Shown: one piece after another, positions 13,301 to 27,172 of the stretch
Position numbering within the stretch: position 1 is the stretch's first letter
Layout: the number at the start of each line of letters is the position of its first letter
Source: Chrysomallon squamiferum
Taxonomy: Eukaryota > Animalia > Mollusca
DNA: 64,000 nt
Assembly: GCA_012295275.1 (NCBI GenBank)
Contig: CM022671.1
Location: forward strand, 14,446,001-14,510,000
Direction of reading: 5' to 3'
Translations under genes and position numbers: made by a program
Notes under the pieces: generated by a model
Database searches by the model: none
Told to the model about the DNA's origin: nothing
What the model saw: only the letters and a program-made list of their open reading frames with translations

Positions 13301-16006
13301 GACATATGCATGTTAAGGAAGTTGAAAAAACATTAGCTGGTTTTATTAGCAATCCACAGGTATTTTATAATTTTTTAAAAAACACACAAACTATTATCTC
13401 TGTATCAAGCAACTGTGATTCTTGCAAATGTGTTGTTTACATTTTTCATCTCAACAAAACACAATACTTTTCTTTAACAAAAAATATGCATATGGTGGTG
13501 TGCTTTTTCATGTAAAATTTAAAATAATAACATTTTCAGAGTAAAGATTTGGCAATATTAATAGTCAGTACTAATTCAGTTAAGATCTTATGTCCCTTGC
13601 TTTATAAGGAACACTGATGAAAACTGTTCAGTATGTGTGACTTTGAGTTTAAAATACATGTCAGAGCTGATAGACTGTAAGTGAAAGATGCAGTCTCCAG
13701 TCTTGATTATCATATATCAATCACAACAACAACAAAAATCAAATTATAAAAAATATTTCTGATCCTAAATACATCTCTGAAATATACTTTGAAAAGTTTA
13801 TGATGGACATCTTAACTGAAGAAGTTCCATTTTTATTAATGTTTCTTAATGACAGTAACTTAATGAGTTTGAACGTAGTTGTGGCACAACTGTTTTTCTC
13901 TTGGACATACTTTGAAATGTTTATTGCAGATGAAGAAGGTGAAGTTCAGCTTACAGAAAGCCGTCAATGTTCCTATTAATGCCATATCTCCACAGAGTGG
14001 GGCACATTTGCGATCTCAGATTCAGAAGCTGCTGCATCTGCTGGGTGGAAGTCAGGTTGAAGTTTCAGGCAAACATATATCTGCAAAGGAAATCCCAGAG
14101 GGCCTGCTTTTTGTTAAAAACCTGATTGCTAAAATGATAGTGGTATGTGGTTTGTTATTCAGATTTCAGGTTCATATTACAGACAGACAGAACAAGTTTT
14201 AAATAAAACTTGGATACTGTTGTCTTCAAGAAAGGAGATGTGATTTTAATTTTGAAAAATCCATTTGTGAGAAAAATTTAAAATGATCTTCTGATAACAA
14301 CTTTGGTAAGTTAAAATGTAAATATTTGTTAGGATTAATTTTAATTTTTTTTTCAATTTTTTTAAATATTTCTTTCATTTCTCTTAGTATTACTGCTGTT
14401 TAAAATCTTGTGTTATATTTGTAATTCAAAATCATGTTTTTCCAATGGTTTATTTTTTCAATGTTTTTCATCACAGAAAAAAGGGGAGGAACAAGTCACG
14501 TCAAACTATGAATCGGCTTTTTCAATTGCTGTGGTAGCTGTTGGTCTGTGGCAAGAACATGCCGATGTTGGGAAACTGCTGCTGCATCACTTTCAAGTTC
14601 TTTGTCCTTACATTGTCCCATGCTACTTCCCACGTCAGGAGGGCATGTCTCTGCAGGACTACCACAGGTTTGCTTTAACTTATAATCCATATTTCTCATC
14701 TAATGTCTCTGCAGGACTACCACAGGTTTGCTTTATCTTATAATCCATATTTCTGTTCTAATGTCTCTGCAGGACTACCACAGGTTTGCTTTATCTTATA
14801 ATCCATATTTCTCTTTATCTTATAATCCATATTTCTCATCTAATGTCTCTGCAGGACTACCACAGGTTTGCTTTATCTTATAATCCATATTTCTCTTTAT
14901 CTTATAATCCATATTTCTCTTCTAATGTCTCTGCAGGACTACCACAGGTTTGCTTTATCTTATAATCCATATTTCTCTTCTCACATATCTGCACTATTTT
15001 GGTATTAATAATTTTTAAAAGTTTCACAGCTTACTCATCAGCTAGATGTAAATCATTTACTGAAAACATTAATAAAGTGAACGTCAGTTTTAACAATCCA
15101 GACAGTTTGTTCAAATAATAATATACTTCACTTTTAAAAAAAATTGTTTTACATACTTCCCTAAAAAGAAACAGAAAGAAATTCTAAGGTGAATAATAAT
15201 ATTAATAATAATAATCTCTCAGTATTGATTTTAACATATTTTATATCTGATCAGTATTTTTGTCCCCTGTGGTCATTGTGTATTTAAAAATAAATCTTTT
15301 CAATGATATGTGTAAAAGTCTTTTCCAAGTTTTGTATATTTATACACCTCTTGTTAAGTATAATATAGATTATTCTAACAATGCAAATCTTCTCTTAGCA
15401 AATTTTTACTAAATCACCTGACTTCCATTATTTTCAATCTTCATTTTTAAAATTAAATGCTGAAAATTTTCATTTTATATTTTGGATATTCCAAACAATT
15501 GACCTATGTTGGATATTGTAATAACAGTAGTAACGTTTTGTGTATTACTTTTTAGAATTCTTGGTTACAAAACTGAAGATGGCAACATAGAAGCCCAAGA
15601 CAAGTTTTTGAAAAGAATGTCTGGAGTGATGAGGCTTTACGCTGCAATTCTGATATCTTCACCCCCAAATATTAACCAGCCCCACCCTCATGGACTAGAA
15701 CACGCTTGGATCTGGTTGAGTCGAACTCTCAATATGGATCCTCAGCCAGACATTACTGCGACTATGTTATTTGACATGTTACAAGTGACAGGCCATGCTT
15801 TGTTTTATCACTACAAAGTTCAGTTTGTGAAACTCATCTATCTCCTGTACAAAGACTTTCTGCCAAAGATTAAGAGTGTTGCTGCTGCAGGCGGTCCTGT
15901 TGTGAGATTAGAAAACTTTTTGGAAACTTTACTGAAAAATTTGAAAAACAGAATTCCACCTCAGCAACCCAATGGCTACCTCTCACCTAATTTCTTGTTT
16001 TCTTGA
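7399..16006 (+). CDS. GLE1: mRNA export factor GLE1
   Basis: 12 phase-consistent GT-AG exons: 7399-7479, 7951-8090, 8385-8559, 9042-9190, 11095-11162, 11774-12048, 12362-12510, 13020-13074, 13250-13359, 13930-14142, 14477-14667, 15556-16006. N-terminus MEITDQLKKTRKGQLIY, a central coiled coil, and the GLE1 domain (LQKAVNVPINAIS, CPYIVP, LGYKTEDGNIEAQDKFLKRMSGVMRLYAAI, HPHGLEHAWIWL). Confidence 0.95.
9217..9667. repeat. Near-perfect 224-bp tandem duplication in GLE1 intron 4
   Basis: ttatcataaatgtagaaacc... starts at 9217 and again at 9441; the copies look identical by eye. Confidence 0.9.
14645..14982. repeat. 58/82-bp minisatellite that multiplies the GLE1 exon-11 3' end and splice donor
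   Basis: atgtctctgcaggactaccacag|gtttgcttta... starts at 14645, 14703, 14761, 14843 and 14925. Confidence 0.92.
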
Positions 16007-16293
16007 TGGTGAACATTCAGTTTTAAATTCATGAAAAAATAAAATATGTTTGTTTTATTATATCACAGCACAATCTATTATGCTATTGAATGGTTATGGT
16101 AAATCTGTTATTATAGATATTAAATGAAAGTCATTAAAGAGACAAATATATTTTAACAAATACATCCTTGTTTTTTTTTTATATCCTTTGTTTATGATAT
16201 AGAAACAAATATATATCTGTTATTTACAATATTATACGTATCAGTTATTAATTTCGAATACTAAATCTTTTTAAAAAAAACAGTTCCTGCAAA

Positions 16294-17338
16294 AAGATAT
16301 GACTATTTAATGTTTTGTAATGATTTTTATGCAATTAACATTTCTCATAAGCTTAATAATTTTAAAATTTTAATATCCAGAAACATTTGAAGGTTTAAAT
16401 ATCTTTAAATGTACACAGAAATACAAAACAGTGTTAACTCAATTACAAGTCTTTAGTAGAAGAGTTTTGCTGATTTTATTTTGGGACAGTATGAAACATT
16501 ACACTACAGACAAGTGAGCTGAGTCTTCAGGCAAGATGTGTCTTTAGAAAGTTACCATGTAAATGAAACGTAAAAAAAATATCTGTGTAATATCTAGACT
16601 TACATTCTGGTCACAGAAAGCAAAAATACAATGTTAATAAAAGAAAATGTTTTTACTATTTCATGAACAAATAAAGAACCACCTTATGTACTAGAAAATA
16701 TATTTTATGTAACATAATTGTTGTTAATGAGGTCAAAAAGAAATAAATTGGTGAAATGATGACTGTGTATCAACTGATACATTTATTAAAATGAAGAAAA
16801 AAAAAATCAGTTTAATAATTAATTTGTTATTAGTTTTCTCCATGAAAAGAAACTATATTTTGAACTGAATATTTATGCATTCACTCACAGTAAATTTGAA
16901 ATTTCCTTACATAATTGCTTTGTTTATTTTAAAATTTTGTTTGTTAATACTTAGACAGAATGATAAAGTTACGATGTTAGTAAAGACCAGTTGGTTGTGG
17001 AAATTTCAAAGTAATTAATATGTTTGTTTTTTTAATTTTTATATTTCAGATCTAATGAACAAGTAGTAAAAAATATAATAAACAATATTTTCTTTCAAAA
17101 TCACGAAAATTTTATTTCAAAATGTCCTGGAAAACAAAATGATTCTAAAAATCCCTTCAACAAGAAAAGTGGAAAATACAACATTATTTTAAAAGCAATA
17201 ACAGTATAAAAAGGTATTAATTGATGAGAATATGGTAAAGTCAAGATATATATATATATAAAAAAAGAAGTCTTCTAGATCAAAAGTTTAAAAACAATCA
17301 CATAATCCCTTGGAACAAAATTATCGGCTTTATTTCTA
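16294..17338 (+). repeat. ~1.05 kb direct repeat, copy A (partner 39444-40490)
   Basis: Begins aagatatgactatttaatgttttgtaatg and ends aaaattatcggctttatttcta; colinear and highly similar to 39444-40490. Confidence 0.9.
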
Positions 17339-17340
17339 CT

Positions 17341-20300
17341 TATATATCTGTTAATAGCTGTCTTATTTTCAACTCAAGTAGGCTGATAAAACTGAATAAC
17401 AATGAAAAATTGTTGAGAGTCCTAGTTTTATTAGATAAAAAGTAGAAATATGTGTTATGTCAATCGGTAGACATGCCATTTCTGAATGTGTTTATAGATC
17501 AAAATAGCTTGTTTTATTAATTCCACGAAAATTTGACATATGTGGTTTCCCTTTGTTTAGTCACGTTCGCCAAAATTAATAGATAAATTGCGAAGAAAAT
17601 AAATATATAAAATTAGCATTAAAATGTGTATTTGATATAAAATTTCTTAGTGCGTTCTTTAATTCAGCATCTAATTACAGAAACCGAGTAAATTCGCTGT
17701 ACGAATGCATAACTTATTTTTCTCCACGAAAATTACTTGTTTCGTTTCAGTTTCTTTAATGACGTTCGCTAAATAGCTAAATATGGTAGAAAATGATATT
17801 TACGTCAGCATCAAAATACACATCTGATTCACGATCTGCCAAGTGATATATCACTGTTATAACTGGAAGGAAACATAATAAACAAATACATCAGAAGTAA
17901 ATGACACGAGACGATAAAAAAAAAAAAAAAAAATTCAGCTTAGCTCAGAAAGGACAAGATCTCGTAAATCTGGAATCAGTAAAACGTGGATGGCATAAGT
18001 TTTAGTTTCCTTCAGGTTAAAACACTGAAAATGAAAATATAATAATATTTTTCTAATTCCACGAAAATTGGTCATGCGTGGTTTCACTTTGTTTAATCAC
18101 GTTCGCCAGAATTAGTAGCTTTAACAATGATTATCTCGTCTTACTGTATCGATTCTTGGAATTTAAAAAGGAAAGTAGCAAATAGTCTTAGACAATAAGG
18201 AACATCCAGCGAGAACATGTAAGTTTGATTTAAGATTTGTTATTCCGATCACATACTTTTTATTTAACTAATAGCTTATTCATTGTTCGTCAGTTAAATT
18301 ATAACTGTGGTTCACAAATAGTTTATAGATGTATAAGGGTTATAATTACAAGGAAGTGTAATATACAAACATCAAGAAGCAAAGAAAACAACAGATAAAC
18401 AAAAGATTCAATTTATCTGATAACAGGTAAGATCACGTAAATCGATGGGAAAGTATCTTCGAAACAATAACATTTTGATGAACTAGACTTATTATTATTA
18501 TTATTATTATTATTTTTTTTTTTTTTTTTTTACATAAGCATAAGACAAAGACTGTTACTATTATTGTTGTTGAGTTTTTTGTTTTTTTGTTTTGTTTTTA
18601 AAAATTATTTATTTTAATATTATTAAATTTAAATCCAGGCGTAGTTCATTTCGATAATCTCTGACCCAAACATTAGACAGCAGTGATTCCTCAAAATAAT
18701 ACAAATAGAAAAAATTAAAAATCCCTCTATAACCTGCTTTATAAATGTCTGTTACCTCTTGCGAGTTTCTGTACTCGCTTAATTTCTTGTTTATTTCAGT
18801 GACCTAATTTCACACACCCGTTTCTGTTTCTACATTGTTATATATCTGTTGATAGCTGTCTTATTTTCAACTCAAATACCCTGATAAAACTGAATAGCAA
18901 TGAAAAATGGTTGAGAGTCCTAGTTTTATTAGATAAAAAGTAGAAATATGTGTTATGTCAATCGGTAGACATGCCATTTCTGAATGTGTTTATAGATCAA
19001 AATAGCTTGTTTTATTAATTCCACGAAAATTTGACATATGTGGTTTCCCTTTGTTTAGTCACGTTCGCCAAAATTAATAGATAAATTGCGAAGAAAATAA
19101 ATATATAAAATTAGCATTAAAATGTGTATTTGATATAAAATTTCTAAGTGCGTTCTTTAATTCAGCATCTAATTACAGAAACCGAGTAAATTCGCTGTAC
19201 GAATGCATAACTTATTTTTCGCTAAATAGCTAAATATGGTAGAAAATGATATTTACGTCAGCATCAAAATACACATCTGATTCACGATCTGCCAAGTGAT
19301 ATATCACTGTTGTAACTGGAAGGAAACATAATAAACAAATACATCAGAAGTAAATGACACAAGACGATAAAAAAAAAAAAAAAATTCAGCTTAGCTCAGA
19401 AAGGACAAGATCTCGTAAATCTGGAATCAGTAAAACGTGGATGGCATAAGTTTTAGTTTCCTTCACTGTGAAAATGAAAATATAATAATAATTTTCTAAT
19501 TCCACGAAAATTGGTCATGCGTGGTTTCACTTTGTTTAATCACGTTCGCCAGAATTAGTAGCTTTAACAATGATTATCTCGTCTTACTGTATCGATTCTT
19601 GGAATTTAAAAAGGAAAGTAGCAAATAGTCTTAGACAATAAGGAACATCCAGCGAGAACATGTAAGTTTGATTTAAGATTTGTTATTCCGATCACATACT
19701 TTTTATTTAACTAATAGCTTATTCATTGTTCGTCAGTTAAATTATAACTGTGATTCACAAATAGTTTATAGATGTATAAGGGTTATAATTACAAGGAAGT
19801 GTAATATACAAACATCAAGAAGCAAAGAAAACAACAGATAAACAAAAGATTCAATTTATCTGATAACAGGTAAGATCACGTAAATCGATGGGAAAGTATC
19901 TTCGAAACAATAACATTTTGATGAACTAGACTTATTATTATTATTATTATTATTATTATTTTTTTTTTTTATTACATAAGCATAAGACAAAGACTGTTAC
20001 TATTATTGTTGTTGAGTTTTTTGTTTTTATGTTTTGTTTTTAAAAATTATTTATTTTAATATTATTAAATTTAAATCCAGGCGTAGTTCATTTCGATAAT
20101 CTCTGACCCAAACATTAGACAGCAGTGATTCCTCAAAATAATACAAATAGAAAAAATTAAAATCCCTCTATAACCTGCTTTATAAATGTCTGTTACCTCT
20201 TGCGAGTTTCTGTACTCGCTTAATTTCTTGTTTATTTCAGTGACCTAATTTCACACACCCGTTTCTGTTTCTGCATTGTTATATATCTGTTGATAGCTGT

Positions 20301-23300
20301 CTTATTTTCAACTCAAATACCCTGATAAAACTGAATAGCAATGAAAAATGGTTGAGAGTCCTAGTTTTATTAGATAAAAAGTAGAAATATGTGTTATGTC
20401 AATCGGTAGACATGCCATTTCTGAATGTGTTTATAGATCAAAATAGCTTGTTTTATTAATTCCACGAAAATTTGACATATGTGGTTTCCCTTTGTTTAGT
20501 CACGTTCGCCAAAATTAATAGATAAATTGCGAAGAAAATAAATATATAAAATTAGCATTAAAATGTGTATTTGATATAAAATTTCTAAGTGCGTTCTTTA
20601 ATTCAGCATCTAATTACAGAAACCGAGTAAATTCGCTGTACGAATGCGTAACTTATTTTTCGCTAAATAGCTAAATATGGTAGAAAATGATATTTACGTC
20701 AGCATCAAAATACACATCTGATTCACGATCTGCCAAGTGATATATCACTGTTATAACTGGAAGGAAACACAATAAACAAATACATCAGAAGTAAATGACA
20801 CAAGACGATAAAAAAAAAAAAAAAAAAATCAGCTCATCTCAGAAAGGATAAGATCTCGTAAATCTGGAATGAGTAAAACTTGGATGGCATAAGTTTTAGT
20901 TTGCTTCAGGTTAAAACTCTGTGAAAATGAAAATATAATAATATTTTTCTAATTCCACGAAAATTGGTCATGCGTGGTTTCACTTTGTTTAATCACGTTC
21001 GCCAGAATTAGTAGCTTTAACAATGATTATCTCGTCTTACTGTATCGATTCTTGGAATTTAAAAAGGAAAGTAGCAAATAGTCTTAGACATTAAGGAACA
21101 TCCAGCGAGAACATGTAAGTTTGATTTAAGATTTGTTATTCCGATCACATACTTTTTATTTAACTAGTAGCTTATTCATTGTTCGTCAGTTAAATTATAA
21201 CTGTGATTCACAAATAGTTTATAGATGTATAAGGGTTATAATTACAAGGAAGTGTAATATACAAACATCAAGAAGCAAAGAAACAACAGATAAACAAAAG
21301 ATTCAATTTATCTGATAACAGGTAAGATCACGTAAATCGATGGGAAAGTATCTTCGAAACAATAACATTTTGATGAACTAGACTTATTATTATTATTATT
21401 ATTTTTTTTTTTTATTTTTTTTTTTTTTTATTACATAAGCATAAGACAAAGACTGTTACTATTATTGTTGTTGAGTTTTTTGTTTTTATGTTTTGTTTTT
21501 AAAAATTATTTATTTTAATATTATTAAATTTAAATCCAGCGTAGTTCATTTCGATAATCTCTGACCCAAACATTAGACAGCAGTGATTCCTCAAAATAAT
21601 ACAAATAGAAAAAATTAAAAATCCCTCTATAACCTGCTTTATAAATGTCTGTTACCTCTTGCGAGTTTCTGTACTCGCTTAATTTCTTGTTTATTTCAGT
21701 GACCTAATTTCACACACCCGTTTCTGTTTCTGCATTGTTATATATCTGTTGATAGCTGTCTTATTTTCAACTCAAATACCCTGATAAAACTGAATAGCAA
21801 TGAAAAATTGTTGAGAGTCCTAGTTTTATTAGATAAAAAGTAGAAATATATGTTATGTCAATCGGTAGACATGCCATTTCTGAATGTGTTTATAGATCAA
21901 AATAGCTTGTTTTATTAATTCCACGAAAATTTGACATATGTGGTTTCCCTTTGTTTAGTCACGTTCGCCAAAATTAATAGATAAATTGCGAAGAAAATAA
22001 ATATATAAAATTAGCATTAAAATGTGTATTTGATATAAAATTTCTAAGTGCGTTCTTTAATTCAGCATCTAATTACAGAAACCGAGTAAATTCGCTGTAC
22101 GAATGCATAACTTATTTTTCGCTAAATAGCTAAATATGGTAGAAAATGATATTTACGTCAGCATCAAAATACACATCTGATTCACGATCTGCCAAGTGAT
22201 ATATCACTGTTATAACTGGAAGGAAACATAATAAACAAATACATCAGAAGTAAATGACACAAGACGATAAAAAAAAAAAAAAAATTCAGCTTAGCTCAGA
22301 AAGGACAAGATCTCGTAAATCTGGAATCAGTAAAACGTGGATGGCATAAGTTTTAGTTTCCTTCAGGTTAAAACTCTGTGAAAATGAAAATATAATAATA
22401 ATTTTCTAATTCCACGAAAATTGGTCATGCGTGGTTTCACTTTGTTTAATCACGTTCGCCAGAATTAGTAGCTTTAACAATGATTATCTCGTCTTACTGT
22501 ATCGATTCTTGGAATTTAAAAGGAAAAGTAGCAAATAGTCTTAGACAATAAGGAACATCCAGCGAGAACATGTAAGTTTGATTTAAGATTTGTTATTCCG
22601 ATCACATACTTTTTATTTAACTAATAGCTTATTCATTGTTCGTCAGTTAAATTATAACTGTGATTCACAAATAGTTTATAGATGTATAAGGGTTATAATT
22701 ACAAGGAAGTGTAATATACAAACATCAAGAAGCAAAGAAACAACAGATAAACAAAAGATTCAATTTATCTGATAACAGGTAAGATCACGTAAATCGATGG
22801 GAAAGTATCTTCGAAACAATAACATTTTGATGAACTAGACTTATTATTATTATTATTATTATTATTTTTTTTTTTTTTTTTTTTTATTACATAAGCATAA
22901 GACAAAGACTGTTACTATTATTGTTGTTGAGTTTTTTGTTTTTATGTTTTGTTTTTAAAAATTATTTATTTTAATATTATTAAATTTAAATCCAGGCGTA
23001 GTTCATTTCGATAATCTCTGACCCAAACATTAGACAGCAGTGATTCCTCAAAATAATACAAATAGAAAAAATTAAAAATCCCTCTATAACCTGCTTTATA
23101 AATGTCTGTTACCTCTTGCGAGTTTCTGTACTCGCTTAATTTCTTGTTTATTTCAGTGACCTAATTTCACACACCCGTTTCTGTTTCTGCATTGTTATAT
23201 ATCTGTTGATAGCTGTCTTATTTTCAACTCAAATACCCTGATAAAACTGAATAGCAATGAAAAATTGTTGAGAGTCCTAGTTTTATTAGATAAAAAGTAG

Positions 23301-26165
23301 AAATATGTGTTATGTCAATCGGTAGACATGCCATTTCTGAATGTGTTTATAGATCAAAATAGCTTGTTTTATTAATTCCACGAAAATTTGACATATGTGG
23401 TTTCCCTTTGTTTAGTCACGTTCATAAAATTAATAGATAAATTGCGAAGAAAATAAATATATAAAATTAGCATTAAAATGTGTATTTGATATAAAATTTC
23501 TAAGTGCGTTCTTTAATTCAGCATCTAATTACAGAAACCGAGTAAATTCGCTGTACGAATGCATAACTTATTTTTCGCTAAATAGCTAAATATGGTAGAA
23601 AATGATATTTACGTCAGCATCAAAATACACATCTGATTCACGATCTGCCAAGTGATATATCACTGTTATAACTGGAAGGAAACACAATAAACAAATACAT
23701 CAGAAGTAAATGACACAAGACGATAAAAAAAAAGAAAAAATTCAGCTTAGCTAAGAAAGGACAAGATCTCGTAAATCTGGAATCAGTAAAACGTGGATGG
23801 CATAAGTTTTAGTTTCCTTCAGGTTAAAACACTGAAAATGAAAATATAATAATATTTTTCTAATTCCACGAAAATTGGTCATGCGTGGTTTCACTTTGTT
23901 TAATCACGTTCGCCAGAATTAGTAGCTTTAACAATGATTATCTCGTCTTACTGTATCGATTCTTGGAATTTAAAAAGGAAAGTAGCAAATAGTCTTAGAC
24001 ATTAAGGAACATCCAGCGAGAACATGTAAGTTTGATTTAAGATTTGTTATTCCGATCACATACTTTTTATTTAACTAGTAGCTTATTCATTGTTCGTCAG
24101 TTAAATTATAACTGTGATTCACAAATAGTTTATAGATGTATAAGGGTTATAATTACAAGGAAGTGTAATATACAAACATCAAGAAGCAAAGAAACAACAG
24201 ATAAACAAAAGATTCAATTTATCTGATAACAGGTAAGATCACGTAAATCGATGGGAAAGTATCTTCGAAACAATAACATTTTGATGAACTAGACTTATTA
24301 TTATTATTATTATTATTATTTTTTTTTTTTTTTTTTTTTTATTACATAAGCATAAGACAAAGACTGTTACTATTATTGTTGTTGAGTTTTTTGTTTTTAT
24401 GTTTTGTTTTTAAAAATTATTTATTTTAATATTATTAAATTTAAATCCAGGCGTAGTTCATTTCGTTACTCTCTGACCCAAACATTAGACAGCAGTGATT
24501 CCTCAAAATAATACAAATAGAAAAAATTAAAAATCCCTCTATAACCTGCTTTATAAATATCTGTTACCTGTTGCGAGTTTCTTTACTCGCTTTATTTCTT
24601 GTTTATTTCAGTGACCTAATTTCACACACCCGTTTCTGTTTCTGCATTGTTATGTATCTGTTGATAGCTATCATATTTTCAACTCAAATACCCTGATAAA
24701 ACTGAATAGCAATGAAAAATTGTTGAGAGTCCTAGTTTTATTAGATAAAAAGTAAAAATATGTGTTATGTCAATCGGTAGACATGCCATTTCTGAATGTG
24801 TTTATAGATCAAAATAGCTTGTTTTATTAATTCCACGAAAATTTGACATATGTGGTTTGCCTTTGTTTAGTCACGTTCGCCAAAATTAATAGATAAATTG
24901 CGAAGAAAATAAATATATAAAATTAGCATTAAAATCTGTATTTGATATCACATTTCTAAGTGCGTTCTTTAATTCAGCATCTAATTACAGAAACCGAGTA
25001 AATTCGCTGTACGAATGCATAACTTATTTTTCGCTAAATAATCTAAATATGGTAAATATGAAAATGATATTTACGTCAGCATCAAAATACACATCTGATT
25101 CACGATCTGCCAAGTGATATATCACTGTTATAACTGGAAGGAAACATAATAAACAAATACATCAGAAGTAAATGACACAAGACGATAAAAAAAAAAAAAA
25201 AAAAATTCAGCTTAGCTCTGAAAGGACAAGATCTCGTAAATCTGGAATCAGTAAAACGTGGATGGCATAAGTTTTAGTTTCCTTCAGGAAAATGAAAATA
25301 TAATAATATTTTTCTAATTCCACGAAAATTGGTCATGCGTGGTTTCACTTTGTTTAATCACGTTCGCCAGAATTAGTAGCTTTAACAATGATTATCTCGT
25401 CTTACTGTATCGATTCTTGGAATTTAAAAAGGAAAGTAGCAAATAGTCTTAGACATTAAGGAACATCCAGCGAGAACATGTAAGTTTGATTTAAGATTTG
25501 TTATTCCTGATCACATACTTTTTATTTAACTAATAGCTTATTCATTGTTCGTCAGTTAAATTATAACTGTGATTCACAAATAGTTTATAGATGTATAAGG
25601 GTTATAAATACAAGGAAGTGTAATATACAAACATACAAGAAGCATTGTTATGTATCTGTTGATAGCTGTCATATTTTCAACTCAAATACCCTGATAAAAC
25701 TGAATAGCAATGAAAAATTATTGAGAGTCCAAGTTTTATTAGATAAAAAGTAAAAATATGTGTTATGTCAATCGGTAGACATGCCATTTCTGAATGTGTT
25801 TATAGATCAAAATAGCTTGTTTTTTTAATTCCACGAACATTTGTCATATGTGGTTTCACCTGGTTTAGTCGCGTTAATAGCTAAATTTCGTATGTAATAA
25901 ATATATAAAATTAGCATTAAAATGTTTATTTGATATCCCATTTCTAAATGCGTTCACTAATCCAGCATCTAGTAACAGAAACCAACTTAATTCGTTGAAC
26001 GAATGCTTATTTTAGTTTTTTTGACGAAGATTACTAATGCGTCGTTTCAGTTTCTTTAATCACGTTCGCTAAGTAGCTAAATTTCGCAGAAAATTAGATT
26101 TAAGTCAGCATTAAAGTATACATCTGATTCACGAATTGCCTGTTATAACTAGAAGGTAGTATAAT
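17341..26165. repeat. Tandem array of ~1.46 kb units (5 full, 1 truncated, 1 diverged partial)
   Basis: Unit start tatatatctgttgatagctgtcttattttcaactc recurs at about 17341, 18839, 20280, 21738, 23195, 24651 and 25648. Each full unit has a poly(A) tract, a (TTA)n-poly(T) tract and an internal sub-repeat. Confidence 0.95.
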
Positions 26166-26299
26166 AATATGAAGCACAAGGAAGATGGGTTCTAAGTGAG
26201 GTCACTAAAAGGAAGGCGGCCATCTTTGGAACCATCGAATCATTTGTTGCTTAACGACTACAGCGTATATACAACCCCGCATATACAACATAATTGCAT

Positions 26300-27172
26300 C
26301 CTGCAAGAAAACACTCAATCTTCTAAAACTAATTGGGGAGCAAACGAGTCAAGGCTAATTTTGATGTACAAAGCATGTATTCTCTCCAGGCTCGACTACG
26401 GAGCCACGGCTTACTCGAATGCTCCCGAACACTGTTTAAAAAAACTAGACACATTTCAATCCAGCGCCGTCAGAGTGATCGGCCACCTGCCAAACACAAC
26501 ACCATCCGACAGCCTCCTGTCAGAATACAGCATCCAACCACTGAAATACAGAAGAAAGCTGCAGCTACTGAAATACAACCTGAAAATACACACCCTGAAC
26601 ACAGACCACCCTGTCAAAGATCTGGTACCCGACCAACAAAGAATAGGGCAACCCTTTAAATCTTTCTAGCAGCAAACGACGACTACAAACATCACACGCA
26701 CATCTACACCGACGGATCCAAAAACCCAGACAATGGGAGAGGATTCGCCTTCATAGCCCAGGATCTCACAAACAAACCCACATGCATACAATTCAGCCGT
26801 ATCAGAAATCACCTTTCGGTATACACGGCCAAATTGGTAGCCATCATCAGAGCCATGCTGTGTGTGAAACACAACAACAACAAACACACAGTCATATTCT
26901 CGGACAGCCTAAGTTCCGTCATCTCAGTACAATCTGGACATTCCAGCAGTCCAGACCTACTCAGCAGAATACAACATCTACACGAGGACATACAACACAA
27001 CGACAAACAACTAATCATCAAGTGGCTCCCAGCACATGTCAGGATCATCGGCAATGAACTTGCCGACCATTACGCCAAAGAGTCACTCAGCATTAAAGAC
27101 GAAGACATCTGCACAGACATACACTACGGAACAAACGAAGACACCAACACAATGGAGGAACAAAAAATCTAG
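26300..27172 (+). mobile_element. Non-LTR retrotransposon fragment (RT C-terminus plus RNase H; I-group-like), frameshifted
   Basis: WGANESRLILMYKACILSRLDYGATAY is a typical post-RT LINE segment. RNase H motifs HIYTDGSK, FSDSLS and KWLPAHVRIIGNELADHYAKE are split across frames. Sense strand is A/C-rich. Confidence 0.88.

Noticed and set aside
21133-24226. Three near-identical 60-aa ORFs
   Set aside because: By-products of the 1.46-kb array: TTG starts, no motif, frame broken in the sixth unit.
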